64,000 bases of DNA from Camelus dromedarius (taxonomy: Eukaryota), in NCBI RefSeq assembly GCF_036321535.1, contig NC_087456.1, forward strand, positions 28,272,001 through 28,336,000, read 5' to 3'. The notes beneath the pieces are model-generated. The model was given only the letters and a program-made list of their open reading frames with translations. It was not told where the DNA came from and searched no databases. A program made the translations under genes and the position numbers. Below are positions 1 to 13,455 of the stretch, piece after piece (within the stretch, counting starts at the first letter, position 1; every line of letters begins with the position of its first letter).

Positions 1-422
1 TACTGTGAACACTGGGGTGCATGTATCTTTTNNNNNNNNNNNNNNNNNNNNNNNNNNNNNNNNNNNNNNNNNNNNNNNNNNNNNNNNNNNNNNNNNNNNN
101 NNNNNNNNNNNNNNNNNNNNNNNNNNNNNNNNNNNNNNNNNNNNNNNNNNNNNNNNNNNNNNNNNNNNNNNNNNNNNNNNNNNNNNNNNNNNNNNNNNNN
201 NTTAGTGTTTATGGACTTTTTAACACCATTCTGACTGGTGTGACGTGCTACCTCACTGTAGTTTTGTTGTGCATTCCTCTGATAACTAGTGATACTGAGC
301 ATCTTTTCATGTGCCTACTGGCCGTCTCTATGTCTTCATTGGAGAAATGTCTGTTTAGCTTCTTCCACCCATTTTTGGATTGAGTTGTTTGTTTTTTTCT
401 TATTGAGTTGTATAAGCTCTTT
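1..422 (-). mobile_element. LINE-1 fragment (ORF2 3' region), interrupted by an N gap
   Basis: Minus-strand translation contains [29 protein letters not shown], typical of the L1 ORF2p C-terminal region. The flanking sequence also resembles the L1 at 37524-39072. Confidence 0.9.
32..201. other. Assembly gap (170 N)
   Basis: Run of n characters. Confidence 1.
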
Positions 423-676
423 GAGTAATAGCTCGATATTGAACGCCCTAATGGTAGTGGCTCCCAGTGTTTATAGTACAAAAAGGATTGCCCAAAGAGT
501 GCTTCAAAGTGCAGATACCAAGGGGTGGGGTGGGGATTCCCCAAAATCTGCATTTTTTTTTTAACAAGCAGCTTAGATGATTCACAACCTACTTTTTTGA
601 GAAATACTGTCCCAGAGGGTGCAGCGTTGTTGCCATGCTACTTAAGCCTGATTTTCAAGCACTGATTTCCTGAATC

Positions 677-840
677 AGTGGTCCTCAGCCCTGACTGCAC
701 ATTAGGGTCACCTGGGGAACTTTAACAGCCTTTCCCCATCCCCCTGTAGTTCTGATTCTGGGGTGGGTCCAGGCATCAGTGCATTTCAAGGGGTCCCCAG
801 GTGACTCTAATGCACAGCCAGGGTTGCGAATCACAGTCCT
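677..840. mobile_element. MER5A-like hAT-Charlie MITE
   Basis: cagtggtcctcagccctgactgcacattag...ggtgactctaatgcacagccagggttgcgaatcacag has the internal palindromic structure and sequence characteristic of MER5A. Confidence 0.75.
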
Positions 841-1697
841 AAACCATCGTAAACTGATTGCCTAAGTAAGTGCAGCCTGCTCCCCACAAGCGCCTAATTT
901 ACATGATGATAATTAACGACCAGCCTATCTACCTTGGTCTGTCCATGGCTTTCCTGAATCTGAGTCCTGTTTATGGCTTTGGTATGAAGCTGGAAAGGGG
1001 GACAGACTATATTACCTGCTAAGCTCATGTCTCCATCAATCAATTTTTTTTTAACTCTGGAGTGTGAATTTCATTTGATTTTTGCTCTCGTTGTTTAATT
1101 CTGTTTCGTTTCTCACTTGGGAGACCTGGATTTTTGGTGGGAAGAGTAACATTCATCATTATTTACAACGGGATTTTTTTTTTCGTAGTTTGATTCATTT
1201 CAACAAAACTTCTGGAATTCTGGGATTTTGAAGGATTTGACTCTGAAGGATCAGCTTTAGTAAAAGGAGTAAGATTTGAAATAGAAATCACAGAAACTTG
1301 GATTTTTTTTTTTAAACTACTTCACCCAGATGAATGGCCTGGCTTTGCAGAGCGCTGCAGCTCAGGGTCCCATTAACAAACATTTTTCAGTGAATTTCAG
1401 ATACAATTTAGTTTACCCAGAGCTGATTTTCAAACAACTCTATAAATGTGTGATTCATCCATAAATGAGATGCATCTTTACTAAATGAAATTCTTTCAAT
1501 GCACAGAGCTTTTCCCTTTTCTTTTTCTTTTTTTTTTTTTTTGGTGGTGGTGGGGAACATTTTAAATATGAACTTTATTTTAAATTTAAAGAAACACTGA
1601 AAATAAACACTTTTTACAAATTCTATCAAACAGTTAAAACATAATCTAGGAATGATAAGCATTAATTCTTAATTCAAAATAATGACATTCATAGATT

Positions 1698-1868
1698 GAA
1701 ACTTCCTCTGTGCTTTGGTTTCCTTATCTTTAAAATGTGGATGGGAGCACCACCCAACTCCTGGGCTTGCTTTGGGATAAAATGTGTTGATACGCGAATG
1801 TGCTTAGGACAGTGCCTCATACATAGAAACTATTCAACCATTATAATAATAGCAGCTATCATTATTAT
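1698..1868 (+). mobile_element. MIR SINE fragment
   Basis: Matches the MIR core and 3' end (ctctgtgc..gtttcct.atct.taaaatg; gcttaggacagtgcct). Confidence 0.75.
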
Positions 1869-4014
1869 TGCCTTCCCACCTCGGAGCTGAAAGAGAACTT
1901 CTCTTTGTATTCATAAGTCAACCAAGGACAGGTCTCTTCCCGACATCCTACAGCTGTGTATCTTCCTGTGACCAAGAGGACAGAGGACCGTGACTGAGTA
2001 GGCCTGCTCATAGGACCCCTTCCTACAGTCAGGGGTTCAGGGGTATGTGGGGAACACTTTTACCCAGAACCAAGAGCTGCCCCGGCACACGGCACACACC
2101 AGCCATGCTGCTGTGAAATAGATCATTTCCCATTAGATGCTCACAACCATTCTGTTTTCCAGGTGAAGAAACTGAGTGAAAAAAATCACACAGTTTTGGG
2201 CAAGTTACTTAATTTCCTATAGCCTCACTTTCTCATTAAAAAAAAAAGGGGGGGTATATTATGAGAACTGAGAAATGTTATGTGTCTAGCAGGATGCCCG
2301 CTACATGGTAGGGCCACCTCCCCACTCTACCCTCAGCCCCCTACTCAATAAAAGAAGGGAAAAAAGCCAAGTTAAGAAAAGTCTTTTTTAAAAAATTTAA
2401 AAAGAGAAAGAAAATCCTTAAGTCTCTGACAGTGAATCATTAATAAAATGCTAGAGTGTAAAAATCTCCAGCCAGGAGCACAGCTGGCTCTGAGGGGTGA
2501 TGCCCTTTCCACGAGGCACCTCGGCCTCCCTCGTCCTCGCTGCTTCTCTCCCAGGAGGACTTGCCCGCATTCCCACGGCTAAGCTTCTTTCCAACTGTCG
2601 TAGTCTGATTCTGCAATTCTGTGACTGGCTATTTGCTTCAAATTGCTTGTTTTCTGTTCCTTTCACCCTTAACTCCTCCCTTCCCTACGCGTTTTTATAC
2701 ATCACATTTAAAGAAAATTTATTGAGCATGTTTTCTGTTTGGCTTTGGACTTGGCATTTAATTAGATGTTAATCCCACGAATGTATGTCTGACCAGCATT
2801 GAGGCTTTTGTTTGGTTCATTTCTCCCACGAGATCCCAGCCACTCCACCCTCAACTCCCGCAGCTCAAGGTTTTAAATGATTTATTGATACTGGCTGACT
2901 CAGCAGTGTGTTTATTCTAAAATTTTAGAGCCTGAGCACTGCAACTTAGCCTGACGGCCATCAGGACATTTCAGTGAATGGAAATCTGAATTCTGCCACT
3001 GGGCCAGGGACCATGTCCGGTTTTGCCATCAGGTCTTTTGTGCCAAGAGGAGATCGTTTCTGCCTGTGAGTGTGTGGGCACACTTGGCAGCAGGCCCTAA
3101 TTCACACCGGTGCAAGTCCCTGTTCTTTCCTGTCTCTCGCGGCAGCTCCTAGGCCCCCATTCCTAAATCCCCATCTCTACGTTACAATCACTGCGCCGCC
3201 TGTGGGATGGATGGCTTCTCCCCCTCAAGGGGAAGAGGATGCTAAAACCATTCACTGAAGCACATGTTGATCCCCCCGTCTCTGTGTTAGAGGCTTGTTT
3301 GCTGGACGTAAAACATTCAGTGCAACCAAATTTTCTCCAACTGAATGTAAATAATGTATAATTTCCAACCCATTCTCCTGGCTCTTCACAACAATTCCTG
3401 TTCAGCAAGGTAGCTATAAAAGTGAATGCTTCCCAAAGTCACCTGGGCCTTAGGTCCTACCAGAACATCCAGGAAAAGGAGAGACATGTTTTACTTATTT
3501 CCCTTGACCCTTTAAGTTGAGGATTTAATAACTTGTCATTATTATGCACCCACCAGGTTCAAAGTGTAAACCCAATTGCTAGGATTGGAGCAGGAGGCTA
3601 AAAACCACAGACTCTCCCCCTCAGGGGCTTGAAGTGTAGTTGATAAGACAAAGAAACAGCCCCATGGACAATGTATTCATAAAAATGCATGGAAGGTAGC
3701 ATCAGCTGTGAAGGGACAGACCTGAATGATCCAAATGATGGTGCAGCAGACCCGGGAGAAGCAGAGACCTCGTCCTCACCTTCAGGGACAGCGCCGTCTC
3801 GGAGCCAGACTCCCCTGGACGCTCATTCCACTCCCTGGCCTGATGGTCTTGAGGAGCACGGGGTGTTCCTTGATATGAGAGACATGAGGAGGCACTATTT
3901 CTCCATTTCTTCAGTCTCACAAAAAATGCCCTTCTAAATCTGCATTCTCTGATGCCCCTCCCAGCCTACACACTGTTATTGGTGCCTTGTAAGGGTTCAA
4001 AATGTTCTCCCCTC

Positions 4015-4415
4015 CCTCAGTCAGGATCTCAGCAGGAAGCAGCATGCTCTAAAGGGCATTTAAAGGGAATTTAATGAAAAGGTTATTTACAGAGGTGTGG
4101 ACGGGATGAAGGGAGTCAGCAGGATGTTGAGGCATCCAGGGACAGCCGTAGCCAGAAGCTATTTCCCTCTAGGCCTAAAGGGACAAGGGGAAGAGGAAGC
4201 TCCTGGAACCCAGCAAACGCTGTAGCCAGTGGGGAGGGGCTGCCCTATAGAAGCCGTGCCCATAGAGAAGGAGCACAGCCTTGCCAAACTGGGATGCCAC
4301 AGAGAGAGCGAAGGAGAAAGCTGAAACTCTCTTCCTCTTTTGTAAAGCAGTCTGCAGAGCCAGCTTTTGGTGGGTGCAGAGCAGAGGTGGGCAGAGAACA
4401 GATTTGGGAACAGAC
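4015..4415. mobile_element. Ancient ERVL/MaLR-type LTR fragment
   Basis: cagtcaggatctcagcaggaagcag...ttatttacagaggtgtgg resembles old ERVL-class LTRs. Family and boundaries are uncertain. Confidence 0.4.
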
Positions 4416-5244
4416 GGAGAATGCCCAGCACATGCCCTGTACCCCAGACTGGCACTGCTTCTTGCCCAAGTTGTGACAGCACCTTCCCCAGCAGAATTCT
4501 TTCTGAGCTAGGGGATCACCTGGCAAGCTTCGGCTGGCCACTCTACGATTATTGACAAAACATTAAGTAAATCTGAAGGTTTTAGGGGGATTGCTTGGAC
4601 TAATGGTTTGTTTCCATTAAATTCTAAATAAATGTCTTGGCCTATAGGAAGCAATCAAATCTACAGGTGGAAACAAAAACGTTAACATATTGAGGTAAAT
4701 CAGATGCCTTCAATTGAAATCTTTAAGAAGATGGTCGAGGTTTTCTCTTGTAAATTGATTTATCTATCTGATCATGACTAAGATGCCTGTAAGTGTCTAG
4801 GAGATTGTACAGTTCTCTCCCAAAGGCATATTTGCAATGGAAACTGGAAATGGATTTCTTTTCTTTGAAGAATCCATTGAATTGCTCCACTGTTTCCTTT
4901 TCTCATAGTTTGGGGTGCTTTTGAGAAATTTTAGTTAATAATAAGGTATGTAGAGGATGCCATCCAGTCAACAAATTTTGATGTAGAAGTAATATTTTGG
5001 AAAAGCCAGGCTTTATTTATTCTAACTCTGAGTTCTAGAGTGGAGAAGTACCTGGAGACAGAGACACAGAGAGCTGTGGGCAAACCTCAGGATGCTGTGA
5101 GGGTTTTCAAATCTGTTGTTGATTTATCACAGCTAAATGGACCCAGAAGTGAGTTATAGAATTGCTGTTTAGTCTCTCTTTCTCTCCCAAGCAGTCAAGT
5201 CACTCTCTCCTGACTTTCCACACAAATAACATAATAATAACCAT

Positions 5245-5465
5245 CATTCTTTATTTAATGCTTGCTGTGTGCTAAGGACTGTGTTAAAAACTTCGCATGC
5301 TTTAACTCATAATAATCATTTGAGATAAGGATTATTATGAACAATAACACTTAGGAATCCGAGGCACTGCGAGACTGGTTAACATACCCAAGAATACAGC
5401 TGGTGAGCAGAAGAACTCAAATTTGAACCTTGAAATTCAGGTTCCAAAGACTGTGTTCTTAAATT
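5245..5465 (-). mobile_element. MIR SINE
   Basis: Reverse-orientation MIR motifs (tttatttaatgcttgctgtgtgctaagg; gaggcact..gagactggttaa; atttgaacc). Confidence 0.7.
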
Positions 5466-5774
5466 CACCCTCTGGTGGCTCCAAACTGCATTTGTGTACA
5501 ACTCTGGGGCTTTCAAAATTTTAATAAAATATTTATAAATGTACTTATCCACCACCCCATCCCTCAAAATTTATAGCAATTTTATTGCACATAAATCTCA
5601 GAATAGCCTTGCAAGGTAGATAATTATTTCTTCTGTATCATCAGAAAACTAAATGATAGAGCAAGTTACCTAGTCAGAAAATGGCAAGAGTTAGAACTCA
5701 GGTCCAGATGTTCTGCCCCAAATCCAGTCCCCCCGCAATAGGAGCATGAACTCCTGACCCTGCCAAGATAAACT

Positions 5775-5920
5775 GACTTAGGTTGTAATCTGGGCTACGT
5801 GGTTTATTGGCCCTGTATCCTTGGCCAGTAATTTACTCTCTAAGCCTCAGTTTCCTCACCTATAAAATTGGAATGAAAAGACCCACCTTATAGGGTTGCT
5901 GTGAACTTTAAGTAAGTTAA
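5775..5920 (+). mobile_element. MIR SINE
   Basis: MIR core ctctaagcctcagtttcctcacctataaaattgg...ccaccttatagggttgctgtga. Confidence 0.8.
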
Positions 5921-6069
5921 TTTAAAAGCCGGGAGACGGTCTTGTATGTGTAAAATTAAAATTTAAGATAGAAATATATAGAAATTATTCAATATCTAGT
6001 TATCCTTGTATAATGTAAATAAAGTCCCTCCCTTAATGGGAAACAGCCCACCACCACCCCGACTCCTCT

Positions 6070-6570
6070 TGGCCTTCCATAAAATGCAGGCTTCTTTCTG
6101 GTTCCATGAGGTCTTTCCTGGTCTGACTTTTGTCCACCTCTGTCCTCATCTCATCACTCTCTGAACTTTACTCTCCAAGTTCAGCCGCACCAGCCTTTTT
6201 GAAAATCCAAGAATCCAGCCTCAGGGCCTTTGCACTTGCTTTTTCTTTGCCCAGAATGTTCTTCCCCAGATCTTTGTCTGGTGTCCTTCTTCTTGCCATT
6301 AATATCCCAGCTTGATTATTACCTCCTGAGAATGCATCCTGAACAGTTCACCCATTCTCTGCTACATCATTCTGTGTTGTATAGTGTATGCACTGCTTAA
6401 GTTGTTTCCTTTCCAGCACAGATCATTACCTTTTTGTTCTGTGTTCACTGACTGCCTCTCCCTACTAGGGTGTTAACTCCAGTCTTGTTGACTGTTGTAT
6501 CCCCGCTCGTAGAGTAGTGTCTGGCACACAGAGGGGCTCCATCGGAGTCTGTCAAATTAATGGATGATAA
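6070..6570 (+). mobile_element. LINE-2 3' fragment
   Basis: ctttgcacttgct..ttctttgcccagaatgttcttcccc and the 3' end gttgtatcccc..gtgtctggcacacag match L2. Confidence 0.75.
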
Positions 6571-8796
6571 ATAATAATCTGACCTGGTTAGCTATGCTAT
6601 CATTTCTAGAGATGTTAGTCATAATTGGTGATTGTGAGCTTAGCTTACTCTAGCAACTAATTGTGGAGAAAGGATATGTTTCCGATGTTATATTTGTAGG
6701 GTGTAGTTATTATTTTAGTTAACATAATGGAATTCAAGTGTGTTTACACATGTTTAGAGTGGTATGGAAAGTATTTGAATAGTATTTGCCTCTGCATAAC
6801 ATGTACTATTGTTTTAAGTGTGGTAAGTGGCAGCCGGTACAAGTGCCGTGATGACTGTGGTCATTTCCATCACTTCACTTTGGGGCTATTCTCTGCAGAA
6901 ACAGCCTTTCCATGCAGGGTTCCACAAACTCCCTGGGCAAGTATGTGATCAATTTCAAATTTTCATTATCATTGTGAACATCAAATGGAAGCTAATCTCA
7001 GTATTTCCCAGTGATCCTGAAGCCAGTTTTCCCTTCCTCGTATTTCAGAAGAGAGCCATTCATGTTTATCGAGCGCCTCTGAAGGGCGAGGCTGGGTGCT
7101 AAGCAGGAGTGACGGAAGGCACCCTTTCTGGCAAGGAGAATGTCTTGTAATCTCTTTACTAGCTTCACAGCTCTGAATTTCCAAAGTGCCAGTAGAAAGG
7201 AAGACAATGTTCTGCTGTTCCCTTCTTCCCCTGGGTCCCAGAATTCAATTAAAATCATGTTTCATCTTGCCTGATCCAAAGCGTTTTAGATTAAAGGAGC
7301 CTGGTATGCAAGGACCGTATCTGTAAAAGCGTAACTAGAATGGACCCTGCAAAGCACCATACAAACAGAGATGCTGAAGAAAGTCCATTTGATGATGAAA
7401 GAAAGTCAGATAGGTAGATAGTTAGACCGCTACACAGAGCTTTTCTGCAAATTATTCCTTTACGACTGCAGCCTGCAGGACTGTTCACGAAATTAAAAAA
7501 AAATAAAATTTGTTATCACATCATTTGAGATTTATTGCCTCCTCTTTTTAGCCGTGAGTCTCTCCTAACCACAGTTCTGGCGAAGCCCATTTTGCCATGT
7601 TGCTCTTTGAACATATTCAAAACCCACGAGAAGCTACCCTTTTAAAGAAGCTTTAGCCCAAGAGCCACGGGAAAATAGACTCCAAGGTTGTGGATGAATT
7701 GATATGATTTCCTTGATTGTATCTTTTTATTTATGAGGCATAATTTATGAGCGCTGGGGAGCAAACTGCAATGAGTGATGACTCCCTACAGCCAAAGTCA
7801 TAAATCAGGAGCCGTGAAAGAAGAGGTGATTTTGATCGAATCTATTGAATTAGCTGTTGGCCTTAGCCAATACAGGTATCGGAAAGACCTTTTTAATATC
7901 TATTTGTCTCTCTCCTGGGAATGTGATAACAATCTCATTACATGCCCCTAGGAAACAAATAATTTAATTGTTTGCCTGTTAACATGCAACCTATTTACTC
8001 TTCTTATTAATTACTGGCATGGCTGTTCATGTCAGATTTTTGTCTATTTCTGATGTGAATTGTCATGAAAATATATTCACATTCCCTGGTTTTTTATAAA
8101 CAATGATGTTGCCTCCCTAGCACTGCTGGATATAAAACAATATTGTTGAAATATTTTTGTTTTATCAAAAACTGTCATTATTCCACCAGAAGGATGTTAT
8201 AGCAAGTCACAGAAGTTACAGAAAACTGAAAAAAAACCCTCCCCATGTCAGTCCTCTGAGAATAACAGTTATACTACAATTTATAATAAACAGCCTGGGG
8301 AAAAAAAAAAGAGCAAAATCTCAAATCACTCCAAGGACAAGGACAGCCACCATCACTTACACTAGGAGCCAACAGATTAGAGCGTTTTTGTGAAAGATCG
8401 CTGGCTAAGTTTGGTTATGCCTGTGGTTCTTTTCTGTATGGAAAATGATTGCAAATACAGGACCAAGCAGACATCAGCTGGATGCTGACAGTACAGAAGG
8501 CATCACCAGGTATGTTCTCCTGGTCTTATCGAGACGTGGCATTTCCTCGGCCAAAAGAATCATAAAATATTTTTACAAGTAAGGAGATTTTTTATGATAT
8601 GATAAAGGAAAAACACATCAGTAAACCTAAAAATTTACAGCAAAAGTTTCTCTTTGCACTAAGACTGCACTTGGAAAACATCAGTCCTAGGAAATGCTGT
8701 TTCAGAAACTTACGAGCCACTGAGTGAGACAAAGCATTAAAATGAAAACTACTTTATAGTTAGTTAAGTGTGGAAATTGCAGTAAAGAATAAGTAG

Positions 8797-8902
8797 CTCT
8801 GGGAGGGGGGCAGGTAGAGGTCTGTGGTAGAATGTGTGCTTAGCATGCACAAGGTCCTGGGTTCAGTTCCCAGGACCTCCACTGACAAAAAAAGAAACAG
8901 AA
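8797..8902 (+). mobile_element. tRNA-Ala-derived (camelid-type) SINE, degenerate
   Basis: tRNA-like head (tgtgcttagcatgcacaaggtcctgggttcagttcc), A-rich tail, and target-site duplication aaagaataagtag (8784-8796) / aaagaataactag (8903-8915). Confidence 0.85.
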
Positions 8903-9469
8903 AAAGAATAACTAGTCCAGTAAGGTAAGCACCCAGTGGGCCGCCACTCTATGTGGAGAATATCTGACACATCTCCCCTTTTCCCATCCTCAGCCGAGTC
9001 ATGGTTCCTTCTCATTCTCTTTTACAAAACTTATTACAAATGCTTCTGTTCGTGAATCCTTGCTTTCCTTTGGGAATAAAATTAGGAGAAAGTTTGGGTG
9101 AGAGGAATGAAGAGCATTTTGAATAATTAATAACATTCATCTGGGCTGCAAGGAAAAAAACAGACCCAACAAGTTCCAGAAATATTGGTGTTTCAAGAAA
9201 TTTGCACCTGGAATGAAAACGAGGCAGCAAGAGGTGGTTCTTCCAAGGCCAGTGCACTCTGGTTTTGTTTGGAACCGTGGCCACGGTGATGAACTCGGTG
9301 ATGACTATTGCAGCTGTAACATACTCAAACAGATACGTGCTTTGTGCTTATTTGAATGACTGAAGGCAATGACAAAAGTCATGCAAAGTGCAACCCTAAA
9401 GAGACATCACGTGAGTAGAACTTAAAAAAAATGTCTGGTGCCTAGATTTCTGTACCTGGTTCTGTAGCG

Positions 9470-9615
9470 AATAACAAGACTGGGCAGAAGAATCACTTGG
9501 AAATGTGTTTAAAAGGCAGGTTCCAAGATCTTTTCACCAGACACTCTGTTCTGGGAACCCAAAATGATTTTGATGATCGTAGCCAAGACACACATTTTGA
9601 CAAAGACCCCTCTGA
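9470..9615. mobile_element. MER5A-like fragment
   Basis: agaatcacttgga...tttaaaa..caggttcc...gattttgatg...cacattttgacaa resembles MER5A. Confidence 0.5.
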
Positions 9616-11539
9616 AGGAGGACTTCTAAGAGGCAGTTAGAAAGGACACAGGACAAACAATTGAACCCATTGTTTCCACAGCAATGAGATTTGGACAGCT
9701 TGGTCACAGATGTTGACATTTCTTGTAATTAAAACTTTTTAAAGCAAAATACAGTGATTAGTCCAGGGGGCTGGGGAGGTAGGCAGAGGGTAAATAAAAG
9801 AATAATTTTATTTTTTAATGGACAACAGCATAAAGATTGTAATAGTCACTAGTTAGATAACAAAAATTACATTGAAAATAAATTGAAACATATTAATTTA
9901 TTTTTCACTACTCAATTATAGAATTTGTGGTTAGATCATTTTAGTTATTTTTAATTTATTCAAATAGTTAATCTGTGTTTTCTGTGACATCTTCTTACAT
10001 TGTACCTCCTTTCATGGTTTCAACCGAAACTTTAGAGAGGAGAGCACTCCAATTCGGCTAGTCCTAGTATGATCTCATTTTTAACAGCTCTGCACTGCGA
10101 AGTTCCTAACACTTATAGTTATAATGTGTGTGTGTGTCTGTCTGTACACACACATGTACAAGTGTTCATTAAATCCAAATAATAAGTTACTTCAGTGGAA
10201 ATTTTAATCACCTTTAATTTTTTTTATTATAAAAGAATAAATATGTTCAGTTCAACTGGATACTGTGGGCATGAGGATATTCTGAATGAACAAAAGATGA
10301 AAAGTATCCTTACTCTTTTTTCTCTTGGCCACAGAATTCATAAGCTGTACTTTTGTTCCCGACTCTTAAAATGTCCCTTCTTTTCTGTGAGTAGCTCACA
10401 CACTGTTGACATAGTCAATAGTCATGTGAAGGACTCTTGGGTTACAAACCAGTTGCATTGGCTTATCAGTTAGGTAACAGGTAGGTGGTAGAAGATAGAC
10501 AGATAGAACACGTAGAGATACACTAAGTGGGCCACCCTGTGTCTCTTCTCAAGATATTTCATTTCTCGATTTTTATATGGGTTCATTAAAAATAAAAGAT
10601 CAGGGCATGTTACTCAGATTTTCCCATGCAAGAGCTCTGCTTTTTCTTTCTCCACCATATAAACCATGGACCCAAGTCTTGGGACCGTGGTTTCTCAGAA
10701 GAAATAAATCATAAGCATAATCTGTTAGTATTTTTTATCCTGAACCTCAAACTATACGTCACTTCCTTTCTCTCTTGTTTAGCTGGGCGTAGACAAAAAT
10801 CCACAAGGACTTTTGGATAAAGGACTTAGAGAATATCATTGGTGGTGTCTTTTTTTTTTACTTGTCTGCTGGTGATTTGGTCTAAGAGCCTGCCTTGTGG
10901 TGCGAGTTTTATCAGATCCATAATGCTGTAGGACCACGGCTTTCTCTTCATTGTAACTGCTTTCATTTGCAGAAGAGCTCATGTAAATAGGCTGCTCCTG
11001 CTTTGCATAAGCATGTTGATTTATATGAATGCTATTTTGATCTCAAATTGATTGAATACTAAAAAGAAAGGCTCGGGGAAAAAAAGCACTGTATTATGAA
11101 GGTCTCCTGTCAAAGACAAAAGACACTAGACCCCACCTACATTCCCGGTTACTGGTGGGGAATTCTGTATTGTCTGGTTTCTAGGAGAGAATATTTCTAA
11201 AGAAATACAGCAAGACATTATATTATTGAGACTCAAGTGTTTTAGATTACCATGGATTAAATTGAATTTTGGAAATAGGACTCCACCCAGTAAAAGCTCA
11301 TGTAATGCAGAAAAGCATGAGGTTCAGTCCTGTCTGCCAACACCAGCATTAAAAAGCCTTGCTATTGCTAGTATTCGGTGCTTAGTAATTAACTGGCAAC
11401 TTGCTAATTTTTATTTTATCACACCTAGTTGCACTTTCCTCCTTGTTTTCTTCTCCATCCATTGTGGCCCCCACTAAAATTCTATGTGCCCTTAAATCAC
11501 CAAAGCCCTACTCATGGCAAAGCATTTGATACCAATTTG

Positions 11540-11955
11540 TGTACCTTATTTTGTATCCCTTTCTCAAGAATATCTCCTTTTCAGACTTTGCCATCACTGT
11601 GTGATCAAAAATGTCCCCCTACTCCCCCTGAAAAGATACTTGCAGTAAAAGAGGTCAGTGTGGAGCAGACTGAGGGGTCCAGGACTCTTTCACATCAGCC
11701 CTGAAACCTGGCCTCTTCACCAGCCACCCCCTGCAGCTCCCCGTACCCTGTTGCAAGACTGGCCTTGGCCATTTCGGAAGAGATGCTAAGAGCAGCCGCA
11801 GTTCTGCTCTGCCCTGGACCCTGGTTTCCAGGGAGCCTGGCTCTCCCATTGTTAAGACAGTTTCTTGCTCCTTGCCTCCCTGTGCCTATCAAAGTAAACC
11901 TCCATCACTTGAGACGACCTGGCCATGTCTATTTACTCTCACAAGCTAAGAGACT
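11540..11955 (+). mobile_element. Ancient ERVL-type LTR (LTR16/LTR33-like)
   Basis: The 3' part (agtaaacctccatcacttgag...ctcacaagctaagagactttacctgatcca) resembles ERVL LTR ends. Family is tentative. Confidence 0.45.
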
Positions 11956-12104
11956 TTACCTGATCCAGAACTGCAGGTAATTGTCTACACACGAGTCACT
12001 TAATATTCATGATCCTGAGTCTCTTATTTTTTATCCGTATGGATGACACAAAAATCAAAAGCACAGTTTACTGGAAAGAGCGATGGAAGTGTTCACTGGT
12101 GAGC

Positions 12105-12290
12105 AGAATTCTAGTTTCAGCTTTTGTGACTCCTGTCACCTTGGACAAGAGAGTGACATTTCAGAGCTTCGACTTCCTCATCTGTAAGAGGGGCTGATAA
12201 TACCTTCTTCAGCCACCCCACAAGGTGGTGATGTGAGGACTAAGTCAGCTAACATGTGTTAAAGTGCTTTGTAAAGTACAGAATTTATAC
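12105..12290 (+). mobile_element. MIR SINE
   Basis: gtcaccttggacaag..tgacatttcagagcttcgacttcctcatctgtaa...gtgaggactaa...aaagtgctttgtaaa. Confidence 0.75.
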
Positions 12291-13328
12291 AAATGTGAGT
12301 GACTATTATGCAAACGATGAGAGAAATGTATCAGAGCTCTAAAAAGAGCAGTTCCTGCTATGTAAGTAGGTTAGTTACTTCTTTTTAGAATGAGGCATGT
12401 ATGTCAATTATTTCTCAGTAAAACTGAAAAAAGAAAAAGGGTGGGGGATGCTTCTGGCAATCCTATCAGCAAGAGGCTGGAGGTTGGCATTTGACAGCAA
12501 TCCAAGAGCAATTCAACATCAGAAATTTTACTTTTACAAAGAAATCTACCCCAAAAGAAGTATGGAAACACTGATAGGAGTTGGTCTAACTACTGAAAAT
12601 CTCTGTAATATTTATTTATAAAAATGAATATATTAATATTTATATATAAGTATTGTATATACTATATATTGTGTATATTATAATATTTGTATATATATAT
12701 ATACACACACACACAAAGACACTAAGTGAGGAGAAAATTTCCTGAAGTTAGATTCACACAGCACGAAAGCTTACTAAGGAGGACTCCCACTCCTAAACAT
12801 GCAGACAGTCTGCTTGGATTGCCATTTAGATCTATCATCCTGATTGATCACTGTGTAGCTGGCTGTTATTGGGTCTAATTTAACCCTACACACTCACACA
12901 TCCATCTCCTCTGTCTATTGTACCTGACACCCTACAAATTACTTACTCATGCAAATGATGACCTAAGGCAACCTTTTAGGATATTCGTGTTTAATTATAC
13001 AAATGGTCTTTGATAAATAAGATTATACATCCTTCCATATGTTTATTCCCTCCTTAATGAAAGGAAGATTTAATTTTCATGCAGATTTGATGGGGACGGG
13101 GTTTAAGAATTGCTGAGTTTTATGGAGTCTGCAGATCCATGCAGTATGCAGAAGTTGACAGAATCGCTCGGTGCCCAGCACAGAGACGAGCAGTTTCCAA
13201 TTAGGCTTTAATCAGCCCAGCCCGTCGCAAAACTGGGGCTCCAGTCAGCCTCCTCAGTGGTCCGGTGGTCAAAGGCAAGGAAGAGGGAGGACCTGCCCTC
13301 CTTTGTGATTACAAAGTTGCAAGACCAG

Positions 13329-13455
13329 GAGGGAGGGTACAGCTCAATGGTAGAGCGTGTGCTTAGCATGCACGAGGTCCTGGGTTCAATCCCCAGCACC
13401 TCTGTTAAAAATAAATAAACAATTAAACCTAATTACCTGCCCCCACCAAAGGAAA
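13329..13455 (+). mobile_element. tRNA-Ala(AGC)-derived camelid-type SINE, well preserved
   Basis: Head GGAGGGTACAGCTCAATGGTAGAGCGTGTGCTTAGCATGCACGAGGTCCTGGGTTCAATCCCCAGCACCTC, then an A-rich body. 18-bp TSD acaaagttgcaagaccag (13311-13328) / acaaagttgtaagaccag (13456-13473). Confidence 0.92.

Noticed and set aside
13329-13403. Apparent tRNA-Ala(AGC) gene (also the copies at 8797, 16562 and 62725)
   Set aside because: Each copy has an A-rich tail or SINE body, three have clear TSDs, and the acceptor stem is bulged. Four diverged copies in 64 kb indicate a SINE family rather than tRNA genes.
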